From positions 1 to 37,189 of the forward strand of contig JAXLNO010000552.1 of assembly GCA_038087875.1 (NCBI GenBank): 37,189 bases of DNA, written 5' to 3'. This DNA is from Malacoraja senta. Taxonomy: Eukaryota. Numbering within the stretch: the first letter of the stretch is position 1; the number at the start of each line of letters is the position of its first letter. A program made the position numbers and the translations under genes. This document shows positions 1-10,268 of the stretch, piece by piece. Under the pieces are notes generated by a model. It was not told where the DNA came from. It saw nothing but the letters and a program-made list of their open reading frames with translations, and made no database searches.

Positions 1-272
1 CCAGAGACCCGGGTTCCATCCTGACTCCGGGTGCTGTCTGTACGGAGTTTGCACGTTCTCCCCGTGACCTGCGTGGGTTTTCCCCAAGATCTCCGGTTTC
101 CTCCCACACTCCAAAGACGTGCAGGTTTGTATGTTAATTGGCTTTGGTATGATTGTAAATTGTCCTCAGTGTGAGCGGGATAGTGTTAGTGTGCGGGGAT
201 CGCTGGTCGGTGCGGACTCGGTGGGCCGAAGGGCCTGTTTTCGCGCTGTATCTCTATACTAAAGTAAAATAA
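1..272 (+). mobile_element. tRNA-derived V-SINE (HE1-like), 5' end cut by window
   Basis: B-box-like GGTTCCATCC, V-domain (GGAGTTTGCACGTTCTCCCCGTG...CCGGTTTCCTCCCACACTCCAAAGAC), CR1-type tail GGGCCGAAGGGCCTGTTT...TGTATCTCTA. Confidence 0.9.
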
Positions 273-822
273 ACTCTGATAGATCCTCACATCTGTTTAG
301 TTTAGTTTATCATTATCTATCTATGCACCACCGTGCCACTCTATGGCTCTATGCTTCTGCATAAAAGGTGGTGGGACTTCACACTTAAAGATTTATTTAT
401 TGTCAACAGAACTCTCACCCATTTGATGCAAAGAGGATTAAAAAATAACAAAATAATGATACAAGGTTTATCAGTGTGGATTATCAGTCAAGATCAACAT
501 CCAAACAAACTTATACACAATGGCGCAGTCTCAGTTACACCATCCATATAATCCTTAAACTCATCCACATAAAATGTGTTTCTGATCTCCAACATGAAAA
601 ATGTAAATTGACATATTTTGAGTTGTTCGGGAGATGAAAAGGCACAGAAGCCTCTCGCATTGGATGCTGCTGTTGGAAAAAACGATCGTAGGAACTTGGA
701 GAAATTGTATTGATGTTCGTTAGAATGTGAATACTCCTTTATCCTGGGACGTCTCAACCCTGAGAAACTGGCTGCGTCTTTGTCAGGGAAAAACTTGTAA
801 TTGAATGAAGCAGAGAGTTGTG

Positions 823-1338
823 GATAGACACAGCGTGCTGGGGTAACTCAGCGGGTCAGGCAGCATCTGTGGAGAACATGGATAGGTGACGTTTCACAGA
901 GTGCTGGAGTAACTCAGCGGGTCAGGCAGCATCCGTGGAAAACATGGATAGGTGACGTTTCACAGAGTGCTGGAGTAACTCAGCGGGTCAGGCAGCATCC
1001 GTGGAAAACATGGATAGGTGACGTTTCACAGAGTGCTGGAGTAACTCAGCGGGTCAGGCAGCATCTGTGGAGCGAAGGAAATGGGCAACCTTTCGGGCCG
1101 AAACCCTGAAGGAAATAGGCAACGTTTTGGGCCGAAACCCGGAAGGGTTTCGGGCCGAAACGTTGCCTATTTCCTTCGCTCTATAGATGCTGCCGGAACA
1201 TGGATAGGTGACGTTTCACAGAGTGCTGGAGTAACTCAGCGGGTCAGGCAGCATCCGTGGAGAACATGGATAGGTGACGTTTTGGTTCGAGACCCTTCTT
1301 CAGGCTTAGTCAGGAGAAAGAGAACCGAGAGCTATAGA
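823..1338 (-). repeat. PLE pseudo-LTR-derived 66-bp tandem array with 136-bp fold-back module and a degenerate HHR
   Basis: Units start at 829, 895, 961, 1027 and 1217 (period 66); module at 1058-1193; HHR remnant at 1273-1306 on minus (CUGAAGA intact, GAAA->AAAA). Confidence 0.9.
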
Positions 1339-1428
1339 TCACTCTCTGTAGATGCCTTCGATGGTGGGGAGGTCAGTGCCCGTGATGGTCCGGGCAGTGT
1401 CCACCACTTTTGCCATCTTCTTTGTTGC
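1339..1428 (-). mobile_element. Rex1/Babar-like LINE fragment
   Basis: Minus frame KMAKVVDTARTITGTDLPTIEGIYRE resembles the C-terminus of the Rex1-like ORF at 7808-8231. Confidence 0.6.
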
Positions 1429-1559
1429 CGGGTCAGGCAACATCCATGGAGAACATGGATAGGTGACGTTTTGGGTCAGAACGCTTCTTGCGAAGAGGGG
1501 CTTGGGGGAAAGCTGTAAAAGAGGTGGGGGCAGGATAAAAGCCTGGATACGATTGAAGA

Positions 1560-1645
1560 TGTCTGAAGAAGGGTCCTGACCCGCTGAGTTACTCCAGCTC
1601 TTTGTGACCTTTTGTGTAAACCAGCAGCTGCAGTTTCTTGTTTTT
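1560..1645 (+). mobile_element. PLE pseudo-LTR fragment with internal deletion
   Basis: GTCTGAAGAAGGGTC joined to CTGACCCGCTGAGTTACTCCAGC, followed by tail AAACCAGCAGCTGCAGTT. Confidence 0.7.
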
Positions 1646-1702
1646 GCCTGAAGGTGAGGAGAGATGAGAGGGGGGGGGGGGGGGGCTTTCAGTTTCACTT
1701 AC

Positions 1703-1818
1703 AGTTTAGTTTATTGTCACGTGTACCGAGGTACAGTGAAAAGCTTTTTGTTGCGTGCTAACCAGTCAGCGGAAAGACAATACATGATTACAACCGGGCC
1801 GTCCACAGTGTTCAGATT
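1703..1818 (-). mobile_element. Rex1-like LINE 3' tail
   Basis: Same tail as 32665-32780, where it is attached to a Rex1-like ORF. Confidence 0.7.
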
Positions 1819-1828
1819 TAAGATTGTA

Positions 1829-1935
1829 CAGGAAGAACGTACAAACTCCGTACAGACAGCACCTGTAGACAGAATCAAACCCGGGTCTCTGGCGCTGTGA
1901 GGCAGCAGCTCTACCCGCTGCGCCACCGTGCCGCC
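1829..1935 (-). mobile_element. V-SINE 5' (tRNA-derived) half
   Basis: Reverse complement of GGCGGCACGGTGGCGCAGCGG...GAGACCCGGGTTTGATTC...GGAGTTTGTACGTTC. Confidence 0.85.
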
Positions 1936-2131
1936 AAACGTATAGACGTAGAAAATAAATTGAAAAGAGTGGCTCGATTGGCACTATTGACAGCAGAACC
2001 ATAGATCATTCTCTGGGACCAGCTGCAAGAGTCACCTCTCTAGCTCCACCAGTTATCAGGCAACTGAACCATCCTACCACAACCAGAGAGCAGTCCTGAA
2101 CTACTATCTACCTCATTGGAGACCCTCATCA

Positions 2132-2736
2132 AGGGCCTGCCCCACTAGCCGATTTGTTTAGGCGAGGACATTTTAAGAATAAGGAGTAAGCCATTTAGAA
2201 CGGATACGAGGAAACACTTTTTCCACACAGAGAGTGGTGAGTCTGTGGAATTCTCTGCCTCAGAGGGAGGTGGAGGCAGGTTCTTTGGATACTTTCAAGA
2301 GAGAGCTAGATAGGGCTCTTAAAGATAGCGGAGTCAGGGGATATGGGGAGAAGGCAGGAACGGGGTACTGATTGGGGATGATCAGCCATGATCACATTGA
2401 ATGGCGGTGCTGGCTCGAAGGGCCGAATGGCCTACTCCTGCACCTATTGTCTATTGTTTATTGCCAGCGACTATGACAATGGGGTTCACCAAAGTCAGCA
2501 CCTGGCGACAACTTACGTCATACTGGTGTTAACCTACGACAGCACCTACGTCAGGAGTAGACGAGCTACTCAAGCCGAATAGTATTGAACATTTCAAAAT
2601 CCAGCGGAGACCAGAAAAACGCTACGACTCTTTGGGCGACTGAGGAGACGACTCACGACCGTACAGGCGACACCCCGGTGACCATGTGGCAACAGCCTAG
2701 TCGCTGGCAGTCGCCTAAAATATTGGGACAGGCCCT
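2132..2736. mobile_element. PIF/Harbinger-like MITE (contains a CR1 insertion)
   Basis: TIRs AGGGCCTG(C/T)CCCA ... TGGGACAGGCCCT; 3-bp TSD TCA (2129-2131, 2737-2739). Confidence 0.8.
2166..2460 (+). mobile_element. CR1 LINE 3' fragment, (CTATTGT)n-tail subfamily
   Basis: Degenerate RVVSLWNSLP coding end; 3' UTR GAAGGGCCGAATGGCCTACTCCTGCACCTATTGTCTATTGT. Confidence 0.9.
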
Positions 2737-3045
2737 TCAGACTAATTTACCTTGCACTAACCGTAATTGTGGACTGCTCGATTGTAATGTCTTTCCGCTG
2801 ACTGGTTAACAAAAAGCTTTTCACTGTACCTCGGTACACGTGACAATAAACCAAACTCCAAACTGACACTGAACGGAAGCACCTTGCATCTTGCTTCTAT
2901 GTTGTCGATCTACAATGGGTGGAGCATGACCCAGTATCAAGGCAGAGAACATTAATTAAAAGCTATTTAAATCTAAAATATGCACCTATTAAGAAGCTGC
3001 CTCTCAGACAATAACAATGGTGTCATTGATTGAATCTCAGGAGTT

Positions 3046-3805
3046 CATATAACCATATAACCATATAACAATTACAGCACGGAAACAGGCCATCTCGACC
3101 CTTCTAGTCCGTGCCGAACACGTATTCTCCCCTAGTCCCATATACCTGCGCTCAGACCATAACCCTCCATTCCTTTCCCGTCCATATAACTATCCAATTT
3201 ATTTTTAAATGATAAAAACGAACCTGCCTCCACCACCTTCACTGGAAGCTCATTCCACACAGCTACCACTCTCTGAGTAAAGAAGTTCCCCCTAATGTTC
3301 CCCCTAAACTTCTGTCCCTTAATTCTCAAGTCATGTTCCCTTGTTTGAATCTTCCCTACTCTCAGTGGGAAAAGCTTATCCACGTCAACTCTGTCTATCC
3401 CTCTCATCATTTTAAAGACCTCTATCAAGTCCCCCCTTAACCTTCTGCGCTCCAAAGAATAAAGCCCTAACTTGTTCAACCTTTCTCTGTAACTTAGTTG
3501 CTGAAACCCAGGCAACATTCTAGTAAATCTCCTCTGTACTCTCTCTATTTTGTTGACATCCTTCCTATAATTAGGCGACCAAAATTGTACTCCATACTCC
3601 AGAATTGGCCTCACCAATGCCTTGTACAATTTTAACATTACATCCCAACTTCTATACTCAATGCTCTGATTTATAAAAGCCAGCACCCCAAAAGCTTTCT
3701 TTACCACCCTATCTACATGAGATTCCACTTTCAGGGAACTGTGCACAGTTATTCCAAGATCCCTCTGTTCACCTGCATTCTTCAATTCCCTACCATTTAC
3801 CATGT
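3046..3805 (-). mobile_element. 5'-truncated CR1 LINE (HER1-like tail) with uninterrupted ORF2 C-terminus
   Basis: ORF 3132-3803 with RDLGI, LYKALVRPILEYGVQFWSP, LERRRLRGDLIE, WNELP motifs; (TTATATGG)n tail. Confidence 0.92.
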
Positions 3806-3920
3806 ATCATCTTTCTAGTTCTGACTTCGCTGGTCCTCTGAGCAACAACAGTGTCTCCTGATTCATGGCCGGGTTCCAAGAGTTCACTTTGAGAAAGTTA
3901 GCTGTTTGGAGCAACATCGG

Positions 3921-4078
3921 AGTAAACCTTGCATCCCCTCTCTCTCTCCGTCAGTCATCCTGCTAGTTTTACTGTTGGTATCCCCTCGTCATCGCCTCCT
4001 CCACAGCCAACAATGTTCCATTGTGTGCTCTTTGGCCATCAGTCCCGGCTCTGATCGGTTCTGAACCTTTTCTGAACC
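3921..4078 (+). mobile_element. PLE 3' non-coding fragment
   Basis: Similar to 10293-10470 (CCCTCTCTCTCC...CACAGCCAACAATG...CCATTGTG). Confidence 0.55.
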
Positions 4079-4080
4079 AG

Positions 4081-4330
4081 GGCGTCACGGTGGTGCAGCG
4101 GTAGAGTTGCTGCCTCACAGCGCCAGAGACCCGGGTTCCATCACGACTACGGGTGCTGTCTGTACGGAGTTTGTACCTTCTCCCCGTGACCTGCGTGGGT
4201 TTTCTCCGGGTGCTCAGGTTTCCTCCCACACTCCAAAGACGTGCAGGTTTGTAGGTTAATTGGCTTAGGTAAAAATTGGTGGGCCAAGGCCTGTTTCGCA
4301 CTGTATCTCTAAACTAAACAGAACTAAATT
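4081..4330 (+). mobile_element. V-SINE (HE1-like), internally deleted
   Basis: A-box TGGTGCAGCGG, B-box-like GGTTCCATC, V-domain, (TAAAC)n tail. Confidence 0.9.
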
Positions 4331-4448
4331 TAAAGGACAGACTTGAAGAAGTTAAAACGCTGTGAGATAAGATGTCAATGCTCAGGAACTAAATCTCAGC
4401 GTTCAAAGTAATGTTGATCTCATAAACAAGCCTGAATATTTAGTGTAC

Positions 4449-4845
4449 GGTAGACAAAAATGCAGGAGAAACTCAGCGGGTGAGGCAGCAACTATGGAGG
4501 TGACGTTTCGGGTCGAGACCAATCTTCAGACTGATGTGAGGGGGGGGGGCGGGAAGAAGAAAGGAAGAGGCGGAGCCAGAGGGCTGAGGTAGAGCTGGGA
4601 ACGGGAGGAGAAAGTAAGGACTACCTGAAGTCAATGTTCATACCGCTGGGGTGTAAACTGCCCAAGCGAAATATGAGGTGCTGCTCCTCCAATTTACGGT
4701 GGTCCTCATTCTGGCCATGGAGGAGGCCCAGGACAGAAAGGTCGGGTTCGGAATGGGAGGGGGAGTTGAAGTGCTGAGCCACCGGGAGATCAGGTTGGTT
4801 ATTGCGGACAGAGCGGAGGTGTTGGGCGAAGCGATCGCCAAGCCT
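4449..4845 (-). mobile_element. Penelope-like element 3' end: GIY-YIG C-terminus plus pseudo-LTR with HHR motif
   Basis: Minus strand encodes degenerate ..KLEEQHLIFRLGSLHPSGMNID; HHR motif at ~4499-4532. Confidence 0.85.
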
Positions 4846-4877
4846 ATTTAGTTATTTAGAATATTTAGTTTAGTTTT

Positions 4878-5163
4878 GTAAGGAACTGCAGATGCTGGTT
4901 TACAGCAAAAATAGACACAAAATGCTGGTGCAACTCAGCGGGTCAGGCAGCATCTGTGGAGAACATGGATAGGTGACGTTTCACAGAGAGCTGGAGTAAC
5001 TCAGCGGGTCAGGCAGCATCTGTGGGGAACATGGATAGGTGACGTTTCACAGAGTGCTGGAGTAACTCAGCGGGTCAGGCAGCAGGAGAAAGTATAGGTG
5101 ATGTGTCAAGACCCTTCTTCAGACTGGAAGTCAGGGGAGAGGAAGTCTAGAGATATGGAAGGT
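4878..5163 (-). repeat. PLE pseudo-LTR with 66-bp array (~2.5 units)
   Basis: Same unit as 829-1280, flanked by PLE tail (AAGGAACTGCAGATGCTGGTTTAC) and HHR remnant GACCCTTCTTCAGACT. Confidence 0.85.
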
Positions 5164-5465
5164 AAGATCCTTCTTCCCAGTGGCTATCAAACTCTACAAC
5201 TCCTCCCCCTTCTGTCGTGGGGTAGACTGAGACTGAGACTGAGACTGACCCTCCCCCCTCACCCCCAATCTTTGCACAACCTCAATCCTTCCACTTGTCA
5301 CTTTAACATCATGCTTCATGTATTTTATGTTTTTGCGTTTTTATGACTGTTGGCAGATCAATTTCCCTCAGTGGCGGAAATCCTGGGGGTGGGAGGGAGG
5401 GTGGGGGTGGGGGGGGGGGGACCTGTCCCCTCCCCCCCATGTTTTGTGACCTGGGTGGTACAGCC

Positions 5466-5627
5466 AGTTCCCAGGTCAGCTTGCCTGGCCCGGGACTGGC
5501 TATAACGCCCAGGTCGCCTGCGTGCCCCGGGACTGGCTATAACGCCCAGGTCGCCTGCGTGCCCCGGGACTGGCTATAACGCCCAGGTCGCCTGCGTGCC
5601 CCGGGACTGGCTGCAGTTCCCAGGTCG
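5466..5627. repeat. 37-bp GC-rich minisatellite (~4 units)
   Basis: GCCCAGGTCGCCTGCGTGCCCCGGGACTGGCTATAAC at 5507 and 5544, a variant unit at 5581, plus degenerate flanking units. Confidence 0.9.
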
Positions 5628-5659
5628 CGAAAACTAATTGAAAAAAAACGCTTGCAGGC

Positions 5660-5719
5660 CGGATGATTTGGGGTTAATGGCCGGATCCGGCCCGTGGGCC
5701 ATAGGTTGCCGACCCCCTG
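5660..5719. mobile_element. hAT-Charlie-like terminal fragment
   Basis: GGCCCGTGGGCCATAGGTTGCCGACCCCCTG resembles Charlie-type MITE ends; matching left TIR not seen. Confidence 0.5.
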
Positions 5720-5730
5720 TCCCAGATGTT

Positions 5731-6166
5731 AGGTAGACAAAAGTGCTGGAGAAACTCAGTGGGTGCAGCAGCATCTATGAAGCGAAGGAAATAGCAACGT
5801 TTCGGGCCGAAACCCTTCTTCTGACTGATGTAGGGTGGGGGGGGGGGAGAAGAAAGGAAAAAGGAAGAGGAGGAGCCCGACGGCTGATGGAGAGCTGAGA
5901 AGGGGAGGAGAAATTCTCCAATTTCCGATAGTCCTTGCTGTCTCCTCCCCTTTTCAGCTCTCCCTCAGCCATAAGGCTCCTCCTCTTCCTTTTCCCTTTC
6001 TTCTCCCCGCCCCCCGCCCCCCCACCCTACTTCAGTCTGAAGAAAGGTTTCAGCCCGAAACGTTGCCTATTTCCTTCGCTCCATAGATGCTGCCTCACCC
6101 GCTGAGTTTCTCCAGCGCTTTTGTCTACCTTTGATTTTCCAGCATCTGCAGTTCCTTCTTAAACAC
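5731..6166 (+). mobile_element. PLE inverted pseudo-LTR pair (fold-back) with 3' tail extension
   Basis: Arms 5731-~5912 (minus) and ~5944-6130 (plus); extra ~36-nt tail 6131-6166; flanked by AGATGTTAGG/AGATGTCAGG. Confidence 0.85.
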
Positions 6167-7103
6167 AAGATGTCAGGCCCCATTGTGTCCCCCTACCCCC
6201 CTCCCCACGTTTCATTAGCGATTTCCCCACCATGCTCCTGGATAAATAAAGTTCTATCGTTTCATATTATGAAAGCACAGATCAAAGGGAACAATCTGAG
6301 ACTTTCTGAACTTCCCAGGGGAAGTTTTCTACGGTGCTTGGTGGACGTTTGTCAGAGAGAGCGCGGAGATGTGCCTCTCCACCGCACATTATCATTACAA
6401 CTTGTGCTCTTGTTATTGTCCTGACTCTTGTTCCTGACGCACTAAGAGAAGTTTTTCCTCACACTTAGATATTGACGCAAATCTTCTTTGAAAAGAAGTC
6501 GTTATTTATTCTGGATGCAAGATAATAAATAGAGCTTGAAAGTTGCTCAGACTCACCGGGAAGCTACTTTCCATTACAGGCAGAGAGAGGAGTTTAAACA
6601 ACATCGATCCTGCTAACAGATCACAAGGTTTACCAAAATCAAACTATTCAAGAAGCGTTCTGTGAAGGACAATTGATGTCCATTGAATTGAAAGATACAT
6701 TTTTAGTCTTAATGTCCCTGGGGATGTCAGAGTGACATTTCTGAATTCACGGTTTCCCATCATAGTTGAGGCTTTGTTCAGTACTTTATTTAACTTTAAC
6801 TACCTTGAAGCTGTTTCTGTAAGAGATGTCTTCTTCTATGTAGCATCATTATTGTGTTTCTCTCTCGGAGCTGTTATTTGGTTTTACAATCGATAACGTG
6901 ACCTATTCTCTCATTTCAGTCCCAATTCTTTCTTGCATAAACGGTTACCACTGTTTGTTTCAATATCGAGCCAGTTCCTATTGTGTCATCCATTCTGGAG
7001 GATGCATTGGCAGCGTTTCTACCGCCAGATGAGATGGAAGTGGGAATGGGCACAAAACATGCTCTGACTAACTTAGAAAGACACAAAGTAATAAGCATTC
7101 TCA

Positions 7104-7302
7104 TGCCTCGGAAAGCAGTGGAGCCCAATTCTCTGGATGCTTTGAAGAGAGAGTTTGATAGGGCTCTTAAAGATAGTGGAGTCAGGGGATATGGGGAGAA
7201 GGCAGGAACAGGGTACTGATTGGGGATGATCAGCCATGATCACATTGAATGGCGGTGCTGGCTCGAAGGGCTGAATGGCCTACTCCTGCACCTATTGTCT
7301 AT
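7104..7302 (+). mobile_element. CR1 LINE 3' fragment
   Basis: LDALKREFDRALKDSGVRGYGEKAGTGY plus CR1 3' UTR. Confidence 0.9.
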
Positions 7303-7615
7303 AATGAGGAAGACTGTCAAATGATATAGCTGGGATATAGATTAGTTACAGGGGTGGGCAGAAAAATGGCAGATGGAATTGAATCTGTGCAAATGAGAAG
7401 TGTTATGTTTTGGGAGGTTGAATGTAAGGGAAACGTATGAAGTTAAATATAGGACCCTTAACACCATTGATGTACAGAGGGACCTTGGGGCCAAGTCTTT
7501 AGTTCCTTGACAGTGACGACATGAGTGGAAAAATTGGCTTATGGTGCGCTTGCCTTCATTGGTTCGGGTACTAGGTATAAGAGTCAGGAAATCGTTGAAG
7601 TTTTATAAAACTTTG
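7303..7615 (+). mobile_element. Old degenerate CR1 RT fragment
   Basis: Remnants of WAEKWQME and QRDLG motifs with stops and frameshifts. Confidence 0.7.
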
Positions 7616-7620
7616 TTTCA

Positions 7621-8231
7621 GTAAGTAAGGAAGTTTATTGGCCAAGTATTCACATACAAGGAATTTGCCTTGGTGCTCCACCCACAAGTAACAACATGAC
7701 ATACAGTGACAGTTACGAATGACTCAGAAAACACTAAACATTAATAATAATAAAACATTAATGATAAAACACCATTGATCAAGCATGTGGACCAACAAAA
7801 TACCAGATCAAAGGGAGGCTACAGATTTTTGGCTGTTGAGTAGAGCAACTACTCGTGGATAAAAACTGTTTTTATGTCTGGCTGTGGCAGCTTTGACAGT
7901 CCGGAGTCGCCTTCCAGAGGGAAGTGATTCAAAGAGTTTGTGGCCAGGGTGAGAGGGGTCAGAGATGATCTTCCCCGCTCGCTTCCTGGCCCTTGCAGTG
8001 TACAGTTCATCAATGGAGGGAAGGTTGCAGCCAATAACCTTCTCTGCTGATCGGACGATTCGCTGCAGCCTCCAGGTGTCGTGCTTGGTGGCTGAGCCAA
8101 ACCAGACCATGATGGAGAAGGTGAGAACAGACTCTACGATGGCCGTGTAGAATTGGACCATCATTGCCTGTGGCAGATTGTGTTCCCTCAGCTGCCGTAG
8201 GAAGTACATCCTCTGTTGGGCCTTTTTGACT
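7621..8231 (-). mobile_element. Rex1/Babar-like LINE 3' end
   Basis: Open frame VKKAQQRMYFLRQLR..FYTAIVESVLTFSIMVWFGS..DPSHPGHKLFESLPSGRRLR..KNSFYP; AATAAA plus short-repeat tail. Confidence 0.88.
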
Positions 8232-8233
8232 CT

Positions 8234-8551
8234 GGTGACGCAGCAGTAGAGTTGCTGCCTCACAGCGCTAGAGACCCGGGTTCCATCCTGACTACGGGTG
8301 CTGTCTGTATGGAGTTTGTACTTTCTCCCTGTGACCTGCGTGGGTTTTCTCCGTGTGCTCCAGTTTCCTCCCACACTCTAAAGACGTGCTGGTTTGTAGG
8401 TTAATTGGCTTCGGTAAAGATTGTAAACTGTCCCTAGTGTGTGTAGGATATTGCTAGTGGTCGGCATGGACGCAGTGGGCCGAAGGGCCTGTTTCTGCAC
8501 TGAATCTCTAAACTAAACTAAACTAAACTAAACTAAACTAAACTAAATTAA
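8234..8551 (+). mobile_element. V-SINE with (TAAAC)n tail
   Basis: tRNA head, V-domain, CR1-type tail and ~8 TAAAC repeats. Confidence 0.9.
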
Positions 8552-8881
8552 AGCAGGCACTATTTAATATATCTGTTTTTAAAAGATATTTCTTCCTCAT
8601 GCTGGTACTGTTATTATTTTCTGCTCTCCAAGCCTCCGATTTAATCAAAAACACATCATGAAAAGTTTATTTGAACATTAAGCCGGCTTCAAGGGGAGGC
8701 TACTGCATCTGTTTGCAGGCACGAGTGAAGTTAAATCATACATTGTCTTCAACAATAAGATGCGTCCTACTGGGTATGAATATCAGGCTATGGAAAAGCA
8801 ACACTAAACCGTGGCTAAGCTGTGATGACACTCCATCTGCCAGTGGTATCTCACCAAATACTTTAGTTTAATTCAGACTTT

Positions 8882-9212
8882 CCTCATACAGTGTCAGAGA
8901 ACCGGGTTCCATCCTGACTACGGGTGCTGTCTGTACGGAGTTTGCACGTTCTCCCCGTGACCTGCGTGGGTTATCCCCGGGTGCTCCGGTTTCCTCCCAC
9001 ACTCCAAAGACGTGCGGGTTTGTAGGTTAATTGACTTTGGTGAAATTGTAAATTGTCCCATAGTGTGTGTAGGATAGAGCGAGTGTGCGTGGATCGCTGG
9101 TCGGCGCGGACGCGGTGGGCTGAAGCGCCTGTCTCCGCGCTGTATCTCTGAAATAAACTGATGTACTGGGATCGTTGGTTGGCACGGATTGGGTGGGCCG
9201 AAGGGCCTTTTC
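8882..9212 (+). mobile_element. V-SINE with duplicated tail segment
   Basis: V-domain; tail repeated at ~9168-9212. Confidence 0.85.
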
Positions 9213-9578
9213 CCACTAAAGTCCCTAAACCCTGCCGCTAATCAGGCTCATCAATTCTGCCGCTGTCGGCCCTGCCTCAAAGTCCCAGTGAGAGAGCAGA
9301 TGTTTCTCCAGTTACAGGCTGGTTGGGGGATAGCGGGGAGAAAATAGTGTTGCGCGGCAGTTCGCAAGGAGAAAGATAGCCTGCGGGTAGGGCAGCCTCA
9401 GCCTGTCATCCTCATCATCCATTACAGAAATAACCTGGCACCAACGGTCTCAGAACAGGGCGTTAATTACTGTTGCTTTGTCACTAGGCTGTACATTGTT
9501 ACAGGAGATTGCAGAGTCAGTCAGAGTAAAATTAAAGTTAACTAACACTGCCTGACAAGCACATAATAACATTCCTTT

Positions 9579-9802
9579 AGGGCCTGTCCCACTTGGCGAT
9601 TTTTTTGGTGACTGCCGGCGTCATATAAGTGTCGCCAAAAGATTTTGAACAGTGATGACAAAAACAATGGTGCGACACTTGAAAAAACACCGGGCGTCAT
9701 ACGTCATCACGCCGCGTCACACCGTGAATGTTTCGGTGACCTGATACGTCAGTCAATTATGCCGGAAGTCGCCGAAAAAAATCGCCAAGTGGGACAGGCC
9801 CT
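9579..9802. mobile_element. PIF/Harbinger-like MITE
   Basis: ~40-bp TIRs AGGGCCTGTCCCACTTGGCGATTTTTTT / AAAAAAATCGCCAAGTGGGACAGGCCCT; flanks TTT/TTA (imperfect TWA-type TSD). Confidence 0.85.
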
Positions 9803-9886
9803 TTATTCAGACTTCAGACTTTAGAGTTTGTTGAAGCAAGATTTTCAAAGCACCTGTAGCTCATACTGTGTTTATGACAGTAAATT

Positions 9887-10170
9887 CTCCTCCAACCTCA
9901 TCTACTGTTTCCGCTGTTCCAGGTATCAACTCCTGTATATCGGTGAGACCAAGTGCAGGCCCGGCGATCGTTTCGCTGAACACCTCCGCTCAGTCCGCCT
10001 TCACCTACCTGGTCTCCCGGTGGCTCAGCACTTCAACTCCCCCTCCCATTCCCAATCTGACATTTCTGTCCTGGGCCTCCTCCATGGTCAGAGTGAGGCC
10101 CAGCACAAATTGGAGGAGCAGCACTTCATATTTCACTTGGGCAGCTTACACCCCAGCGGTATGAACATTG
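9887..10170 (+). pseudogene. GIY-YIG endonuclease domain remnant of PLE
   Basis: LIY..YIGET motifs, catalytic R/E/N positions and partly mutated CCHH residues within ORF 9828-10277. Confidence 0.88.
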
Positions 10171-10268
10171 ACCAATTAACCTACAAACCTGTACATCTTT
10201 GGGATGTGGGAGGAAACCAGAGCACCCGGAGGAAACCCACATGGTCACCCAGGGTGGGGGGGAGGAAC
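10171..10268 (-). mobile_element. V-SINE internal fragment inserted in the PLE
   Basis: Reverse complement of the V-domain between GAACATTGA and GAATATTGA. Confidence 0.75.

Larger units (their letters stand above)
2047..2862 (+). mobile_element. Rex1-like LINE 3' end interrupted by a MITE
   Basis: 2047-2128 and 2740-2862 match consecutive parts of the 32665-32920 element. Confidence 0.7.
5369..6234. mobile_element. Putative non-autonomous TIR DNA transposon
   Basis: Imperfect terminal inverted repeats CAGTGGCGGAAATC ... GATTTCCCCACCATG precisely interrupting the LINE tail. Confidence 0.5.
5165..6268 (+). mobile_element. Rex1-like LINE 3' tail split by nested insertions
   Basis: 5165-5368 plus 6235-6268 reconstitute the uninterrupted copy at 18098-18340. 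Confidence 0.7.

Noticed and set aside
494..800. Possible host exon on the minus strand
   Set aside because: No recognisable protein motif and no convincing paired splice sites
829..1280. CRISPR-like array
   Set aside because: Units are contiguous with no unique spacers, there are no cas genes, and the context is a vertebrate repeat landscape
1081..1518. Recurrent ORF MGNLSGRNPEG..(WIGDVSQSAGVTQRVRQH)n, also at 10537-10830 and 30889-31197
   Set aside because: Open only because the 66-bp unit is a multiple of 3 with a stop-free frame; C-termini differ and there is no domain similarity
6900..7100. Possible host exon (acceptor-like TTCTCTCATTTCAG, ORFs on both strands)
   Set aside because: All three frames after the acceptor hit stops; the listed ORFs are chimeras with CR1
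8700..8810. Possible short terminal exon (TSEVKSYIVFNNKMRPTGYEYQAMEKQH*)
   Set aside because: Not recognised, and short enough to occur by chance; needs RNA-seq or homology support
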